In this document: positions 1-13,100 of the stretch, piece after piece | Position numbering within the stretch: the stretch's first letter is position 1 | Layout of the letters: each line of letters opens with the position of its first letter | Assembly: GCA_032718475.1 (NCBI GenBank) | Contig: JAUCBJ010008906.1 | Location: 1-48,443, forward strand | Length of the DNA: 48,443 nt | Source of the DNA: Nemertoderma westbladi | Lineage: Eukaryota > Animalia > Xenacoelomorpha | Direction: 5' to 3' | Notes under the pieces: generated by a model | Databases searched by the model: none | The model's input: the letters and a program-made list of their open reading frames with translations, nothing else | Told to the model about the DNA's origin: nothing | Program-made: the position numbers and the translations under genes

Positions 1-3000
1 GGATCGGCATGCTGCATTACAGCTGGATTTTTAAGAATGCTGTGCCGGCAAAATCGACAAAATTGCGCCACCACAACTCCCTATCACCCATGACATTTGC
101 TAGATCATCCGCATCTTCAAGGCCAGTGTCCTTTAAGATGCGTCTCAAGAAAGTCATGGGCTGTCCACCATGCTTATTCACTCCATGAGGCTGCCAAAGT
201 ACAAGATTATGCACTGGGTGGTCCTCACGGCGAAAGCAATGTCCTGCAAAATGGAGGAGATTTTGTTCTAGTTTCAAGCTTGGGGGAACCAATGAGACAC
301 CTCCAATGTTATATAGTGTCTGGTTGGAGATTTGGTGTCCTCAGCAGTTAGAGCCCAGCATGGACTCCCATAGAGGAGTACTGGAACTACCGCTGCTCTA
401 AATAATCGGACATTAAGTTTCCGATTAATTCTCGGTAACTTCCAAATCCTGGAAAGCCTATTCAAGGCTGCCCATGCCTTTCCCTTACGTATTCGAAGGT
501 CCTCACCTGACTTCCGGATCCATGATCCCAGGTAACAGAAGTCATCCACATGCTCAAGCATACCATCTTTTGAGCTTATGCTCATCCGATCAGAAACTTG
601 CTGAGGACTTTCAAAGTTAACTGTCAAAATTTTGGTCTTTCTGGTGTTAATAAAAAGACCAACACTAGAAGCAGCAAGTTCTAATGAGCTGAGGAGACGT
701 TGGGCTCCCTCTAGTGATCCTGAGAGTACTGCTAAGTCATCAGCAAAGTCTAGATCAGTTAGGTACTTGGCAGGATTTCCTCGACTTCTGGAGCCAGTAG
801 GTGGAGTTATCATCACCCCATTATCATTATGATGATCTAAGGACATGCGTAGAACATAGTCAACCACAATTATGAACAAGAATGGTGCAAGTGTGTCTCC
901 CTGGAGGACGCCCCATAACACTACAAATGGTTCTGTGTCACCGTCAACAGTAGACACAAATGTTGCCGAACCATCGTACACTGATCTGATTGCTGCAATA
1001 ATTTCATCAGGAATCCCATATAATGAAAGTATTCTGAACATACGTGAGCGAGAGACTGAATCAAAGGCCTTGAAGAAGTCAACAAAGATAACAGCCAGAT
1101 GCCTGTCTTTCTTTTTTGATAACTCTTCAATTATCCTTCTAAGTAAGTGCCAAAATGGGCTCCATGGCCCCACGACCTTTACGGAACCCATTCTGATTTC
1201 CACGGAGCAGTCTCTCAATGGGATCCCTGATGCGATTTAATAGAATTCTATTGCATAGCTTTGCAGCAATCGAGATCAATGAGATTCCCCGAAAAGAACC
1301 ATAGAGTGTTAGGTTGCCCTTCTTGGGAACTGGCACCAACTTATTTGTTTTCATTTCTTGTGGGACTCTTGTTGTTCGGTACATGTCTACTATGATGGGA
1401 TAGATGAGCTTTAAACACTCAGGTATTTTAAAGACCTCAGGGGGAACACCATCTACTCCACTGGCACGATTGGTCTTAATGTTCTTTGCAGCAGCCTTTA
1501 CTTCTGCAATGGAGATATCGCCAATGGGAATACCTGGGAGTACAGACTCAGACACTTTTACTTCTATAAAGTTATCAGGCAATACCCTGCCATTATTGAG
1601 GAGCTTTTCAAAGTGGGCCTTCCAACCATTGAGGCGTTCGGCTGGTGATTCAGCCTTAACCTTGGTGGTTAAGACTTGGGTTAATTTCCATGCCTGGGAT
1701 GATTGCCTGCTGTCATCAGCATCATTGATGGCATCAATCTGTTGGGTTATTAGCCCCGGTAGATTAACAGAGTACTGGTTGTTTAGGGACCTATATGCAG
1801 CCTTAACTGCATTCTTGGCCGCTGTAGTCTGTTTGAATCGGGAATCTTTCTGCGCCTTGTAGAGGTCATTTCGGCACTTCTGAATGTTGTTGTCAGTCCA
1901 GGGGGCCCTTTTCCTGTTTCGAGGGTATACAGGAACTGTTTCTGCAGATGCTAACTTAACTGCTTCTATGAAGGCAGTATAGCCCTCACAGTGATCTGCC
2001 GCCTCAGAGGCACGAACCTCATACCTGTTGGTCAGCTGTAGTGTGAAGCTAGATCTCACATTTGGCTGTTGCAACCGAGAGGACCAGTCATGCCGTGGCA
2101 ATGCAGATTTCGTTGTTCTGCTAGCACGCAGACTAAGTCTTACCTTGGCCACAATAAGGCGGTGATCACTGGAGAAGGGTCGAAGTGTAAATGCATTACA
2201 GTCTTGTATAAAGCTCCTGTATTTCCTACGAAACAGAATATGGTCTATCTGGGACTTGTGACCACTGGGTCCACTATGAGTCCATAGCTTTCCAGTTCGC
2301 TTCTTGAACTGGGTTCCAGCCGAAAACAATCCATTTCCAGAAATAAAATCCTGAAGATGGACGGAATTTCGGTTAACACTATTGCTATAGACCCAGGGCG
2401 ATGTAGGTGATTGATGCAGACTAGCATTAAAGTCTCCCAGGAATGTTAAGAATGCATGCTGATCCACTCCATCAGTAGCTGCTTGTAGATTGTGGTAGAA
2501 ATTTTCCACCTCCTCAACAGGGGCAACACTAGTTGGAGAGTAGCACACAATCAGAACCATCTTAGGGAACTTCTTAGCCAGTCTTCCAGAACATGAGAAG
2601 TGGCAACGGATGATGCGGTTAGAGATTTGGTCTATTTTGTTCAATGCTGCATGTGCAGTTGTATTCATCAATAGACCAATTCCACCATTGCCACTATCAT
2701 CTGCTGACGCGAGGGCGAGTCGCCAACCGCCCCCCCATGTCATTAATCAGTACTTCATCAGTCTGTCCAGTCTGCATTCGGTGCTCTTGAATACCCACTG
2801 CGCTAAGAGAAAGCTTATCTGCCAAGGCAGTCAGCTCACCTTGTCGCATTGGGGACCCGAGTGTTAGGGTGTTTACTGAGGCTAGTCTAGTGACTTGCCT
2901 CAGATTCACCAATGGCTTTGTTGGTTGGTGTGGAACATGAGAGTAGCCTCCAACTCCAGAATCCCTCTCCCCCTCACAATCTGGCCTCCCTGGTGACCCG

Positions 3001-3200
3001 GGGTTTGGGCCAGAAAGGTCATCAGGAAAGGGACTCAAAGAATTGTTGGCTGCTCTCTCTCCAGTAGGGGGTGAGACAGGCAGCCGGTCAGGAGATAACA
3101 GACGCCTGTGAGGCCGATTGTGTCCGGTAATTCCACTGGCCTCTAGTGGCCAGACCTCCGCATTACTAATGTTATCCATAGTTGGGGTTGGGGGGTGCTT
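1..3200 (-). mobile_element. RTE-clade non-LTR retrotransposon, decayed; 3' end probably runs off the window start
   Basis: Four overlapping minus-strand ORFs (2697-3179, 1139-2743, 274-1218, 17-292) join into one APE+RT polyprotein with no separate ORF1. The 5' boundary is approximate. Confidence 0.88.
17..3179 (-). pseudogene. AP-endonuclease + reverse transcriptase polyprotein of the RTE element, frameshifted
   Basis: APE motifs VNTLTL, IQEHR, GDFNA, SQIDHIL, SDHR; RT motifs PVPKKG, RGISL, QNGFR, FVDFFKAFDSV, GVLQGDTLAPFLF, FADD, YLGS; RTE-type C-terminus FAGHCFR...DRELW. Frameshifts near 2730, 1200 and 330, the last with an apparent internal deletion between EDTK and ISNQTLY. Confidence 0.9.
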
Positions 3201-3224
3201 TTTAGCCTAAAAAAAGGCACGAAA

Positions 3225-4020
3225 AAAACAAGTAGTGTAAATATGATAATGAAAAATCACCACAAACTCAAATTGATTATATGACCATATAGGTTTTTTG
3301 AGATTGTGGCATATTTGGATATGTGATATATATGATATGTGCGGCACGAAAATTACATGTAGCACAAATTTAATAATCAAAAATCTTTACCAAATTAACC
3401 TGATTTTTAGACATTATGGGTTTTCTGGTACACTGATCACGAATATGACACTCAAAAATATCGTATTATCCAACGAAATTTGATTTTTGCCGTTTGGAAT
3501 TTTTTGCTAATTGTACTTTTCGTCCCACCTGACAAGCACCAAAAATGATAGTTGCTTTGCCAGGAATGATTTTTAACGAGTTGTATCGTGATCAACGACC
3601 TTGAAAACTTATACTTGCACTAAAATTTGGTTTACCTTTACCATAAATATTTATAACTAGTTCATCGTGATCACCGACTTCGAAAACCCGTATACACGAT
3701 TATCAAACCAAATACAACATTTTTTAAATTTGACATTTGTTTACTTGTACTTTTGAACTTGTACTTTTAAATAGCACAAAATATGATGGTTGCATTGCCG
3801 GAAAATATTTTTAATAAGTTTTATCCTGATCAGCGACCTGGAAACCCCTTATACCATCAAAATTGTAAATTTTGAACCAATCTAAAAAATTTCTAAAATT
3901 TCCCTCCCCTCCTGGCCCAATTAATTTGTAAAATAGCCCGGGACAGATAGGCAGACATATAGGACAGACAGATAGGACAGACAGGTTAAAACCGTCAAAT
4001 TCACATAAACTATATACAAA
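3225..4020. mobile_element. Non-autonomous HINE/Helentron-like (DINE-1-like) repeat
   Basis: Begins AAACAAG; diverged internal direct repeats (3535-3614 vs 3773-3854, core TGATCANCGACY at ~3589, 3668, 3827), an inverted copy near 3418-3444, and a GACAGA/GATAG microsatellite at 3941-3984 near the end. The class is inferred from architecture only. Confidence 0.5.
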
Positions 4021-4324
4021 AAAGTTAACCCCTTCTTGTGTCTTTGTTAACGGTATTTAATCTTATTAATCATTAGTTTAACAAATTACTTAATAAATTA
4101 ATCGGCTTTTCATGTTTTTTCCGCTGGATTTCCATCTATTTCTTATTTTTCTTTCATTTTTTTGTATGTAAAACCAATTCTTAGAATAACTACTAAAATA
4201 AAGTTGTGTCAGTCAACTATACATACTCATCAATTTCATTACTACATTATTACTAATTAGTCTAATATTATTTTTATTGTATTATTATTATTAAATTATT
4301 TCATCGTTACCTGTTTTCATTTAG

Positions 4325-4986
4325 GAACATGCGCGGAGTTACAAGCAAACGGAGAAGTTCTTCCTGCCACTGTAAACAGTCTCAACGGTTATCTTCGTTA
4401 CGACGATCAACAAGGAGATCAATGGATCGTCATTCAACGAAGAATGAATGGGATTGTTGATTTCTATAGAAATTGGGATGAATACATAGCTGGATTCGGA
4501 GACATAAACAACGAGTTTTGGCTTGGCCTCGAAAACATTCACCAGCTCACCCAGCAGGGAGGAGTTCAACTTAGAGTAGAACTTTGCTACAAAGACGTAA
4601 GATATGCAGCAGAATATTCATCCTTTGAAGTTCTATCTGCTGACACCAACTACACGCTAACGATATCAGGATACAATGACCAGGATTCTACTGCCGGCGA
4701 TTCGCTGACCAACGATAATTCTCCAAACCAAGTCCACAATGGAATGGCGTTTACAACATATGACAATGATTTTGATAAGAAAACGGGTAACTGCGCTCAG
4801 GAGTTTAGCGGTGCATGGTGGTATAATAATTGCCATCTATCCAACCTTAATGGATTATTTGATGCTGGAAGCTACCAACAGGGACTTGGATGGAGGTCTT
4901 TATCTGATACTTACCCAGTTGAAATGGTTGAAATGAAAATACTGATTGAAGGTTGGTACCTATTATTAGCGAATCAATTCCGCTAG
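4325..4986 (+). CDS. Exon encoding a fibrinogen C-terminal (FReD) domain; ficolin/angiopoietin/tenascin-like protein, upstream exons not identified
   Basis: Acceptor TTTTCATTTAG ending 4324, then an open frame TCAELQANG...WIVIQRRMNGIVDFYRNWDEYIAGFG..EFWLGLENIHQLT..HNGMAFTTYDND..NCAQEFSGAWWYNNCHLSNLNG..EMKI. Bases 4964-4986 come from the E1 LTR; a possible donor AG|GTTGGT lies at 4951/4952. Confidence 0.9.
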
Positions 4987-5514
4987 CCACCCCACAAGAG
5001 TTAGCTTTAAGCAATATTGGGAACACGAGGTTGATTGCCAATATCAACCTCGTATCACCCCAATAAAATGGGAAGGAGAAACCCCAGAGAACATACACAC
5101 AATGGGGGTCAGGGGTTACACCTCTGAGGGAGAGGGAATGACAGCAGCAGGGGGAAACACTCCCAGGGAGATGAGAGGGCGACAATTAAGTTATCAGCCA
5201 ATGGGGGGCAAGCATCGACTGAGTGACACAATACGGCCAACGGTGCAATACATATTACCGGTAACCGTGTCATTTCATTCAGTTATCCCAGTACAGCTAG
5301 AGGGCAGAGCGGTGACTTTCATTACCGTCATTGCCGCTACCATCACTAGTAGTATATTCAGTCAACTAAACATGAACTGTGCTACCTGTCAATATTATCT
5401 CATTTATACTATACTTTATATCTATATTAACAATCGGAACGACAACCATAACAAACTCGCGGGGACGCGTAAGTGAATACACCGGATAAATCGGGATCCC
5501 CGGATCCCGTCACA
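4964..5514 (+). repeat. 5' LTR of E1
   Basis: Near-identical to 19698-20244; starts TA (TG in the 3' copy), ends GTCACA; CCAAT near 5199 and Inr-like TCAGTT near 5279. Confidence 0.95.
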
Positions 5515-5591
5515 GTAACGAAATCCAAAGTTGCCCAAGACTGTGACTGCCAGCCACCAATCTAAAGAAAAGACAGGACTGCCAAGATAAC

Positions 5592-8500
5592 ATGAGTCGA
5601 GAAAGAGAAACGACACCGCCGTGGACCCCGGACGATGACAAAGACCTAACGATCCGCGAGGCCGCGACGCGACGGTACCGACCCATGATGCCGGACCCAT
5701 CGATAACGGGCGATCCGGTAATCCAAGATGAGGGGGGCCATCTACTACGAGAGGACGAGTCGGGAGAGGAGAAAGACGAGTCGACACAGAGCGGCGGTCG
5801 ACGTGCCGAAGTCGCCGGCCAGCCACAGGCCGAGGGCGACGGGCGGCCCACCGGAACGGCGATGGTGGGGCCGCCGGTAAGACGCCGGACCCGGAGAGAT
5901 AGAGGAGATGTCGGCGACGAGGACGTCGGGGTCAGCGACCGACTCCGACGGGCCTACAACGCGACCCGGAAACAACTAAGAGAAGCTAAAGGAGGGGCCA
6001 AGATAGACGAGGTGAAGTTAAGGAAGCGGCTAGGTGAGTCGAACAAACACTTTGATTACTTAGTGCGTTTTGGGCAGAGAGAACTAGCCGATGAGAGAGC
6101 GAGAGGGGTTGCCAGCGAACTGCTTGAACTATGGGAATGTAGGGGTGTGGAGCCTAGTGTAGTGTACATAGGGCCATACTCAGTCGATGCCCGGGGAGTA
6201 AAATTAGTGGGTTGGAGGAGACCGCAGGAGGGCGAATCCGAGGTTAACCCCGAGGATTCGGTCTCGTCAGTCGGAGGAAGTTCCGGGAGGCGGGGGAAAA
6301 TTAGTAGGACAGGAAGGCGGAGGGAGTCCGTCACAACCGATAAGTCTGCTACATCCTCCGCAAAGGAAAGACGGGTGATGGCAATAAATCTGGCGTGCCA
6401 ACTCGATCTGGCGGCGCTAGATCGGAGAGAATTAGAGAGACAGTTAGAGGAAGAGAGTGCGTTAATAGAGAAGGAGAAAGAACTGATTAGAGAGAACAGA
6501 GAGAAAGCCGAAAAGGTCGCGAGAAGTTTTAAGGAGTATGAGGAAATAAAGAGGATGGAAAGAAAGGAGCGAGAAGAGCATGAGGCGGCGAGAGAGGCGA
6601 GAGAGCAGAGTGAACATAAAGAGCGCGAGGCGAGACGATTTGAGAGAATTGCGAGAGAGGCCAAGTTAGTCAATCAGAGTACGCGGGAGGACTTGGAGAG
6701 AGAGACAGCGGGAAAGCGTGTGCGGGATAATATGCACGCCCGGTTTAAGGGGCTTATACAATACCAAGCCAAACAGAAGCGCAGACTGGAACTGGTGCAG
6801 ATGGGATTGTCAGAGAGCGAGGCTGGCTCGAGTATTTACGAGGATCCAAGGGTTGTGAAAACATTTATTGATACCCCACTTACAGGGACCGCACGACAGA
6901 CCCGAGACTGGTGTGATGGTACGGGCGGGGGGGGGTAATAATAATAATACAGAAGACAATGTTAATATTAATAGTACCGTAGTGGATAATTCTAAATTCT
7001 AGTGGGGGCCTGATAGGCCATGTAGCTAGTAGGCATGAGGTGGCGGGGTTGAGTCAACCCGAGAGGGGCCTGGTAGGCCACGCAGTAGTAGAGAGAGAGG
7101 CGGGGGTGAATAGATCCAGCCACAGTGGAGACATTGTGTCGACTGGAGAGGGGTGTAGAAGTGAAGTAAGAGGTAGTGGAGTGATATGTGGCGAGTGGGG
7201 GGGGGGGGGGGGGGGGGGGGGGGCTACAGGAGCCCCACAACGAGAAGTTAGCTGCGAAAGGGGGGGGGGGGGGGGGGGGGGGCAGAGAGTGTCCCACAGG
7301 CGTCAATGGATAATGCACGGGCCGAATTAGGTAAACCTCAACACCCGGCGATGGAGAGCAATAGGGGGATTGCGAGTATCCCCAGCGGCGTGCCATTGAG
7401 CAAAGAGAGAAGAGAGACAGGTTGACGTCGCGAGAGGGCGAACGACGAGACGTCGAGCCCGATCAGAAGAGGAAGAAGAACAGTGGAGTTTGACCGGGAG
7501 GTCGACGAGAGATCTTACGAGCGGAATACTGCACTGTAGAGAGAAGAAGAGAAGAAAGTAGAAGAAGTGCCGTCGCGAACGATAGGAGAGCGAGGACGGA
7601 TAGCGAGCCGTCGGTAGTCGAGATGGAAACGGAGAGTCAGTGGGGTCGAACTTCGGGAGATTGCCGTCGTCCCGGAGAGACGCGACCTGACGAGGCGCAC
7701 TACGCTTCGAGAGAGGGGTACGCGATGTACCGGTACGATGACGAGAGCAGTAGAAGGGGGTCGAAGAGAAACTCTCCGGCGGGATCTACCTACCGACCGA
7801 GAATACGGTAGCCGCGGGGAGGATTATTCGAGAAGATTAAACTTCGATCCCGAACGACACATACAGACCTGCAGAACATACTGTAGGCCTTACTGCACAT
7901 ACTATAGGCTATGCCGGCAGAGATAATGTAGGTGATAGGGTAGCACGGACGACGGGATTAAACCCGGAAGTCGCGGAGTATATACCGGCAGGTAGGCCAG
8001 AAGTTGATAGGCCTATACCGGTACCAGCACAGCAGTATGACTACAGCATGCAGGGACATAACATATACCCAGGGGAGGGGGGAATTATTGCGGATAGGTG
8101 CATGGGCCCCAATATATTAACATCAACCCCAGTACCAAACATACCGGTGGGGGGGGGGGGGGGGGGGGGGGCAGGGTGACATTCCCCCATCACAATATCT
8201 ACAATATACCCCAATAGGAGCAAGATCATCGAACCCCTTGGACGGGAATAGATCATGCGACACCGAAATATGGAGGGGGCCGCTACCCCCGATGATATAT
8301 CCGAAGTCAAAGGAAAACGGCAGACAGGACGAACGGACCGCACCCAACAGGAGAATCTATACAACATCCATCGAACCCATTAGAAGCGCAAGCGATGGGG
8401 ATGGCCACATTAATCGATGCGTTGAAAACCAGGATCGAGTTACCACCTGTGGAACCATTTAAATTCGATGGGAGTAGGCCGGAAGAATATCTACAGTTTC

Positions 8501-9553
8501 GGCGCATGTATAGTAATGAAATACTAACAAAGAACTTGACGCAGGCGGAGTGCCTAAAATATCTGCAAGTATATACAGGAGGCCCAGCATACGACATCGT
8601 GAGGCAATACCAGGGCATCGAGGGCGGCTTCACGACAGCATGGCGGGCATTGGACAGGGAATACGGGCACCCGGCCAAGATCATCCGGCAAACCCTGAGA
8701 GGCATAACATCGGGTGGCCTACAGGATAATCCCGTTAGCATAAAGACGTTTGCGAACAAGGTTGAGAAGGCGCTAATCGTGCTAAAGACGCTAGACGCAC
8801 CATACGAGCTCAACGCGTCCAACAACATCACCACGATAGCGCAGGCACTACCGATATGGCTGCGCAACAAGTGGAGGAAAATCGCTTTCCACTCGAGATA
8901 AGAAGGGTGCGGAACCGGGTTTAGAAGAGATGTCGAGCTTCTTGAACTACGAAGCCGAATTAATAACGGACCCAGTCTATAGCGAGGATAGCCTGGGAAA
9001 GGGACCAAAGACCGAGTACAGTAGGCCGAAACCAGAACACAATGCGGCGAACGCATTGCCAAAGCTCAGACAATCGCTGCCATAATCGGCGACGCAGGGG
9101 ACTGCTAGTCCACAGGTAGCCGGGGGTAAGACCACATCATGAAGCGGACAGGGGAAAAATAACAACACAAATAAACATAACCCCAGCACGCCCAGTAGGC
9201 CGAACCCAAACAATAAGAATAGTAGGGACTTTGGTACGAACGCAAGTGCGATACGCAGTGCACTGTATAAGGACGGCTACAACCCAGAGAGCAAATGCCA
9301 ATTACACACAAATGCACTTCATCAGACCATGAACTGCAGGTACTGGCAAGCGCTACCCAGGGAAGATCAGGTAGAATACGCGAGACGAAATGAGATCTGT
9401 TCTCGGTGTGTGATGGGTGGACATAGAGCCAACCAATGCAAAGAAATGCCAATTAAGTTCGGTCAGAGCAAAGGTCAGACAATGGCAACGAGCACCGTAG
9501 GGGCGAGGAAAAGAGGAACGGTACTACTTGGGGTAGTACCAGTAAGCGAGTGA
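5592..9553 (+). pseudogene. Gag region of E1 (long charged/coiled-coil N-terminus, DUF1759-like core, zinc knuckle), broken by stops and frameshifts
   Basis: ORF 5592-6938 is E/R-rich; 8395-8901 has the Pao gag core IELPPVEPFKFDGSRPEEYLQF..LDREYG; CCHC knuckle CSRCVMGGHRANQC in 9329-9553. Confidence 0.82.
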
Positions 9554-10161
9554 TCGGGGAAGGCCATCGATCAGTGACCACACTGATGTTGGTCGACAGT
9601 GGCGCAGCCTTCACCTTAGTTGAGGATTGGGTGGCCGAGGAGATAGGATTGAGAACGAGGCCAAGTAGAATGGCGGTAACAACCATCTCCAGCAAAGATG
9701 AGATCCTGGAGATGAGGACCGGACGGTGCGCAATAGCAGCAATAGAACCGGGATGCGACTATGGGGCGAGCATCGACCCCATCCATGTGATAGAGTCGAT
9801 AAACATCAACGCCAGGCGACCAACCAAAATCGAGGTCGAGCAATATAAATTCCTGGACAGTATCGATTTCTCAATCCCAGAGGTGGACGTTAGGAAGGTA
9901 TCCATCATAGTAGGAATGGACTGCCCAACGGCCCACGAGAGAATGCATACGGTCTTCGGCGAAGACAGGCAGTGTGACCCGGTGGCGATTTTAACACCAT
10001 TCGGGTGGACGCTGAGCGGCCCAATTAAGAGTAAAATACCATTTAGGATGTCGGAGACATCAGGTTGCATGTTCGCGGGAACTATGCGAGAAATGGGAGA
10101 CGAGAGAGCGGAGGAGCAGCTCAAGAGCCTGCTCAGGCAGGATTTTGAGGGATTAAAGTAA
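9550..10161 (+). pseudogene. Aspartic protease region of E1
   Basis: LMLVDSGAAFTLV (DSG), IIVGMD, and the Pao-typical AILTPFGWTLSGP. Confidence 0.88.
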
Positions 10162-13100
10162 ACCGGGGTCGGAACCTCGGTAGAAGACAAGCAGGCTCTA
10201 CAGAGCGTAAAGGAGTCGATGAGATGCGACGAGGGGCGGTATACCATAGGGATGGTATGGAAGCTACCGAAGCTACCGCTGCCCGACAATAGAGGGATGG
10301 TACTCACGAGGCTTCGTAAGTTGAAGCAGACACTAAAACGGAGCCCCGAGAAGAATGAGTACATCCACAAGACAATCAGAAAGTACGTCGAGAAGGGATG
10401 GGCCGTGGAACTACCGGTCGACGAACCAAACACGGACAGGACCTATTACCTGCCACTCCACGTGGCTCTAGACCCGAAGAAAGGTAAACTGCGGATGGTA
10501 GTTGACGCATCGGCTAAAACCAACGGCAAATGCCTAAACGATTATCTGCTGGAGGGTCCCAATATCTACAACTCAGGGATCGAGGTCCTACTCAGATTCA
10601 GGAATGGGAAACACGCCTTCACCTGCGACATAGAAGGCATGTTCAACCAAGTCCGTGTAACGGAAGAGGATAGCGATAGTCAACGCTTCCTATGGTACGA
10701 TGGCGACGAAGAACCGTCGACAATACCGATGTACAAGATGATAGTACAGAATATGGGAGCCAAGTCGTCTTCGTTCACGACGACTATGGCCGTAAGAGAC
10801 ACAGTAGTCGAAAGGAAGATAAATACAGCGCTAGGGCCGTCGATATGATTCGACGCGGCTTCTATGTAGATGACGGGATGGAGTCTGGAAACACGGTTAA
10901 GGAACTACTGGACACAGGGCGCGAGGTTCGCAACATCCTTAAAGGATCCGGCTTTAACCTAACCAAATTCCAGTCCAGTTCAGAGGAATTTATCGAGGCG
11001 ATAAAGGATGAGAGACCAGGATCGACCATGGATAATCCCACGACAGCCGAGGGACAGGACATGGCGAACAAACGAATAGAGTCCCAACAGAAGGCACTGG
11101 GGATCGTGTGGAACAGAGAGGCGGACGAGCGGAAGTACCAATTAAGCCAGGAGGGCGCAGATATCCACACAAAGAGGGGTTATGTGTCGTACATAGCGAG
11201 GATATACGATCCCCTAGGCCTAGCATCCCCATTGTTAGTCACGTGGAAACAGATACTCAAGAGAGTATACAAACTGAAGGACGAGTGGGACGCAGAGGTA
11301 CCAGAAGAGATCAGAAAGCAGTGGTGTAAATGGACAGAGAGTTTGGAGCAGATGGGAACATACAGCATGCCACAAGTGTTTTTCCCAGATGGGGACATGG
11401 CGAATCTGGATCTGCACATGTTCTCTGATGCGTCATTAGAGGCATACGGAGCGGCACTCTATTTAGTACAACGAGAGGGGGCTCACAAGCCCAGACTCGC
11501 CTTTAGCAAGGCAAAGTCGACGCCACCAGATTCAGCATCGGTTCTGAAACTCGAATTGACAGCTGCGAGGTTAGGAGTTAGGACCACAGCCTACTTAATG
11601 GACGTTATTCCCAACATAGTGGATACACACTACTGGACGGATTCCATCGTAGTGCTTGGCTCGCTACATAACGAGAGGACGAGATACCCTATATTCGTCG
11701 CGAATAGGGTGGACGAAATAAGGGTGACCACACAATTAGAAAGGTGGCACTACTGCCAAACGGACGAGAACCCAGCGGACTTGTTATCGAGGGGCGTGGC
11801 ACGCCACACTTTCTTTAAAAAGGAAGTATCGTGGCAACACGGGCCACAGTTTCTGAGCGATAAGGGGGCCTGGCCGCCGATGAGAAAGGTGGACCCGGGC
11901 TCAGGAGAAGTAGCATTATATGAGGAAGAGGGAGATTCAGAGGGAGAAGAGATCTATAGCCAGATGGTGAGGGAGATAGGGGACGTGCAACCAAAACAGG
12001 GAGAACTGTGCGATAACCCGATGGATAAACTCCTCAGCTACAGCTCTAGTTGGTACAAGACCAAGAAATTAGTGGCGCACTGGAGAGCCTTCGGGGATTT
12101 CCTCAAGGGAGTTGGCAAAGACGTAGAGATTAGAACAACCATAGATCTGGAGGGAGCGGCCAAAGCAGTCATCTGCTACGAGCAGAGGAAGAACTGCGGC
12201 GATGAGGTGGGACGCGTCGGTAAGCAACAGCATCTCCGACGGGTCAGCGAGCTGATCGCGCTGTCACCGCAACTTAATGATGACGGGATCCTAGTAATGA
12301 ACTCTAGGGTATTAGACAACAACAGCATTGTAATACTGCCAAAGCCCATCATCATCCCGACTGGATCGCCAATAGTCCACCAGATTATCTGGGACTCCCA
12401 CAAGTCGATATTGCACGTGGGCACTAACCAGCCCCTCACGGAGATACGAAGGACCTTTTGGGTCAAGCAACTGAGAAAGAAGGTAAAGGCGGTAGTGGGG
12501 CAGTGCCAGACCTGCCGACGAGCTAAGAAGGAGCGAGCTATACAGGAGATGGCGCCACTACCGGCCAGTAGGGTGAGACAGCACGACCCGCCATTTACGC
12601 ATTGCGGTGTGGATATGTTCGGGCCGATAAAGATTAAGGTGATGCGGCACACGGAGAAACGTTACGGTATCATCTTCGTATGTAACAACACGCGGGCGGT
12701 AGGGATAGAACTCGCCCAAGATGCAACCGCATCGGCATTCATTAATGCCCTAGAAAGGTTTAGAGACCGCAAAGGTGGGACGATCGCAGTAATATACTCC
12801 GACAACGGGACCAACTTTGTGGGGGTGGAGAACGAGATGGCAGAGGCCTTGGATATCCTGGAAGGGGAGGAAGTCAGGGCAGCCATGAAAAGACGACAAG
12901 TGAAGTGGGAGAGGAGGACGCCGTATGCTCTGCATACCCTAGGATGCGTCGAGAGACTCGTGGGTAGTTCGAAGCGTCTGATGACGAAGTTGATGAACAC
13001 CCACATGGTTACGGAGGACATACTAAGAATGGTACTAGCGAAGTGTGAGGGTATCATTAATAGCAGACCGCTATATCCAGAAAATGATGACCATGAGTAA

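Noticed and set aside
5102-5476. ORFs inside the E1 LTRs (also 19739-20186)
   Set aside because: Frames differ between the two LTR copies and the solo LTR; no motifs.
6925-8171. Long G runs as programmed frameshift or G-quadruplex signals (also 16867, 20395, C run at 22528)
   Set aside because: Homopolymer lengths are unreliable and may be slippage or sequencing error; cannot be interpreted from one copy.
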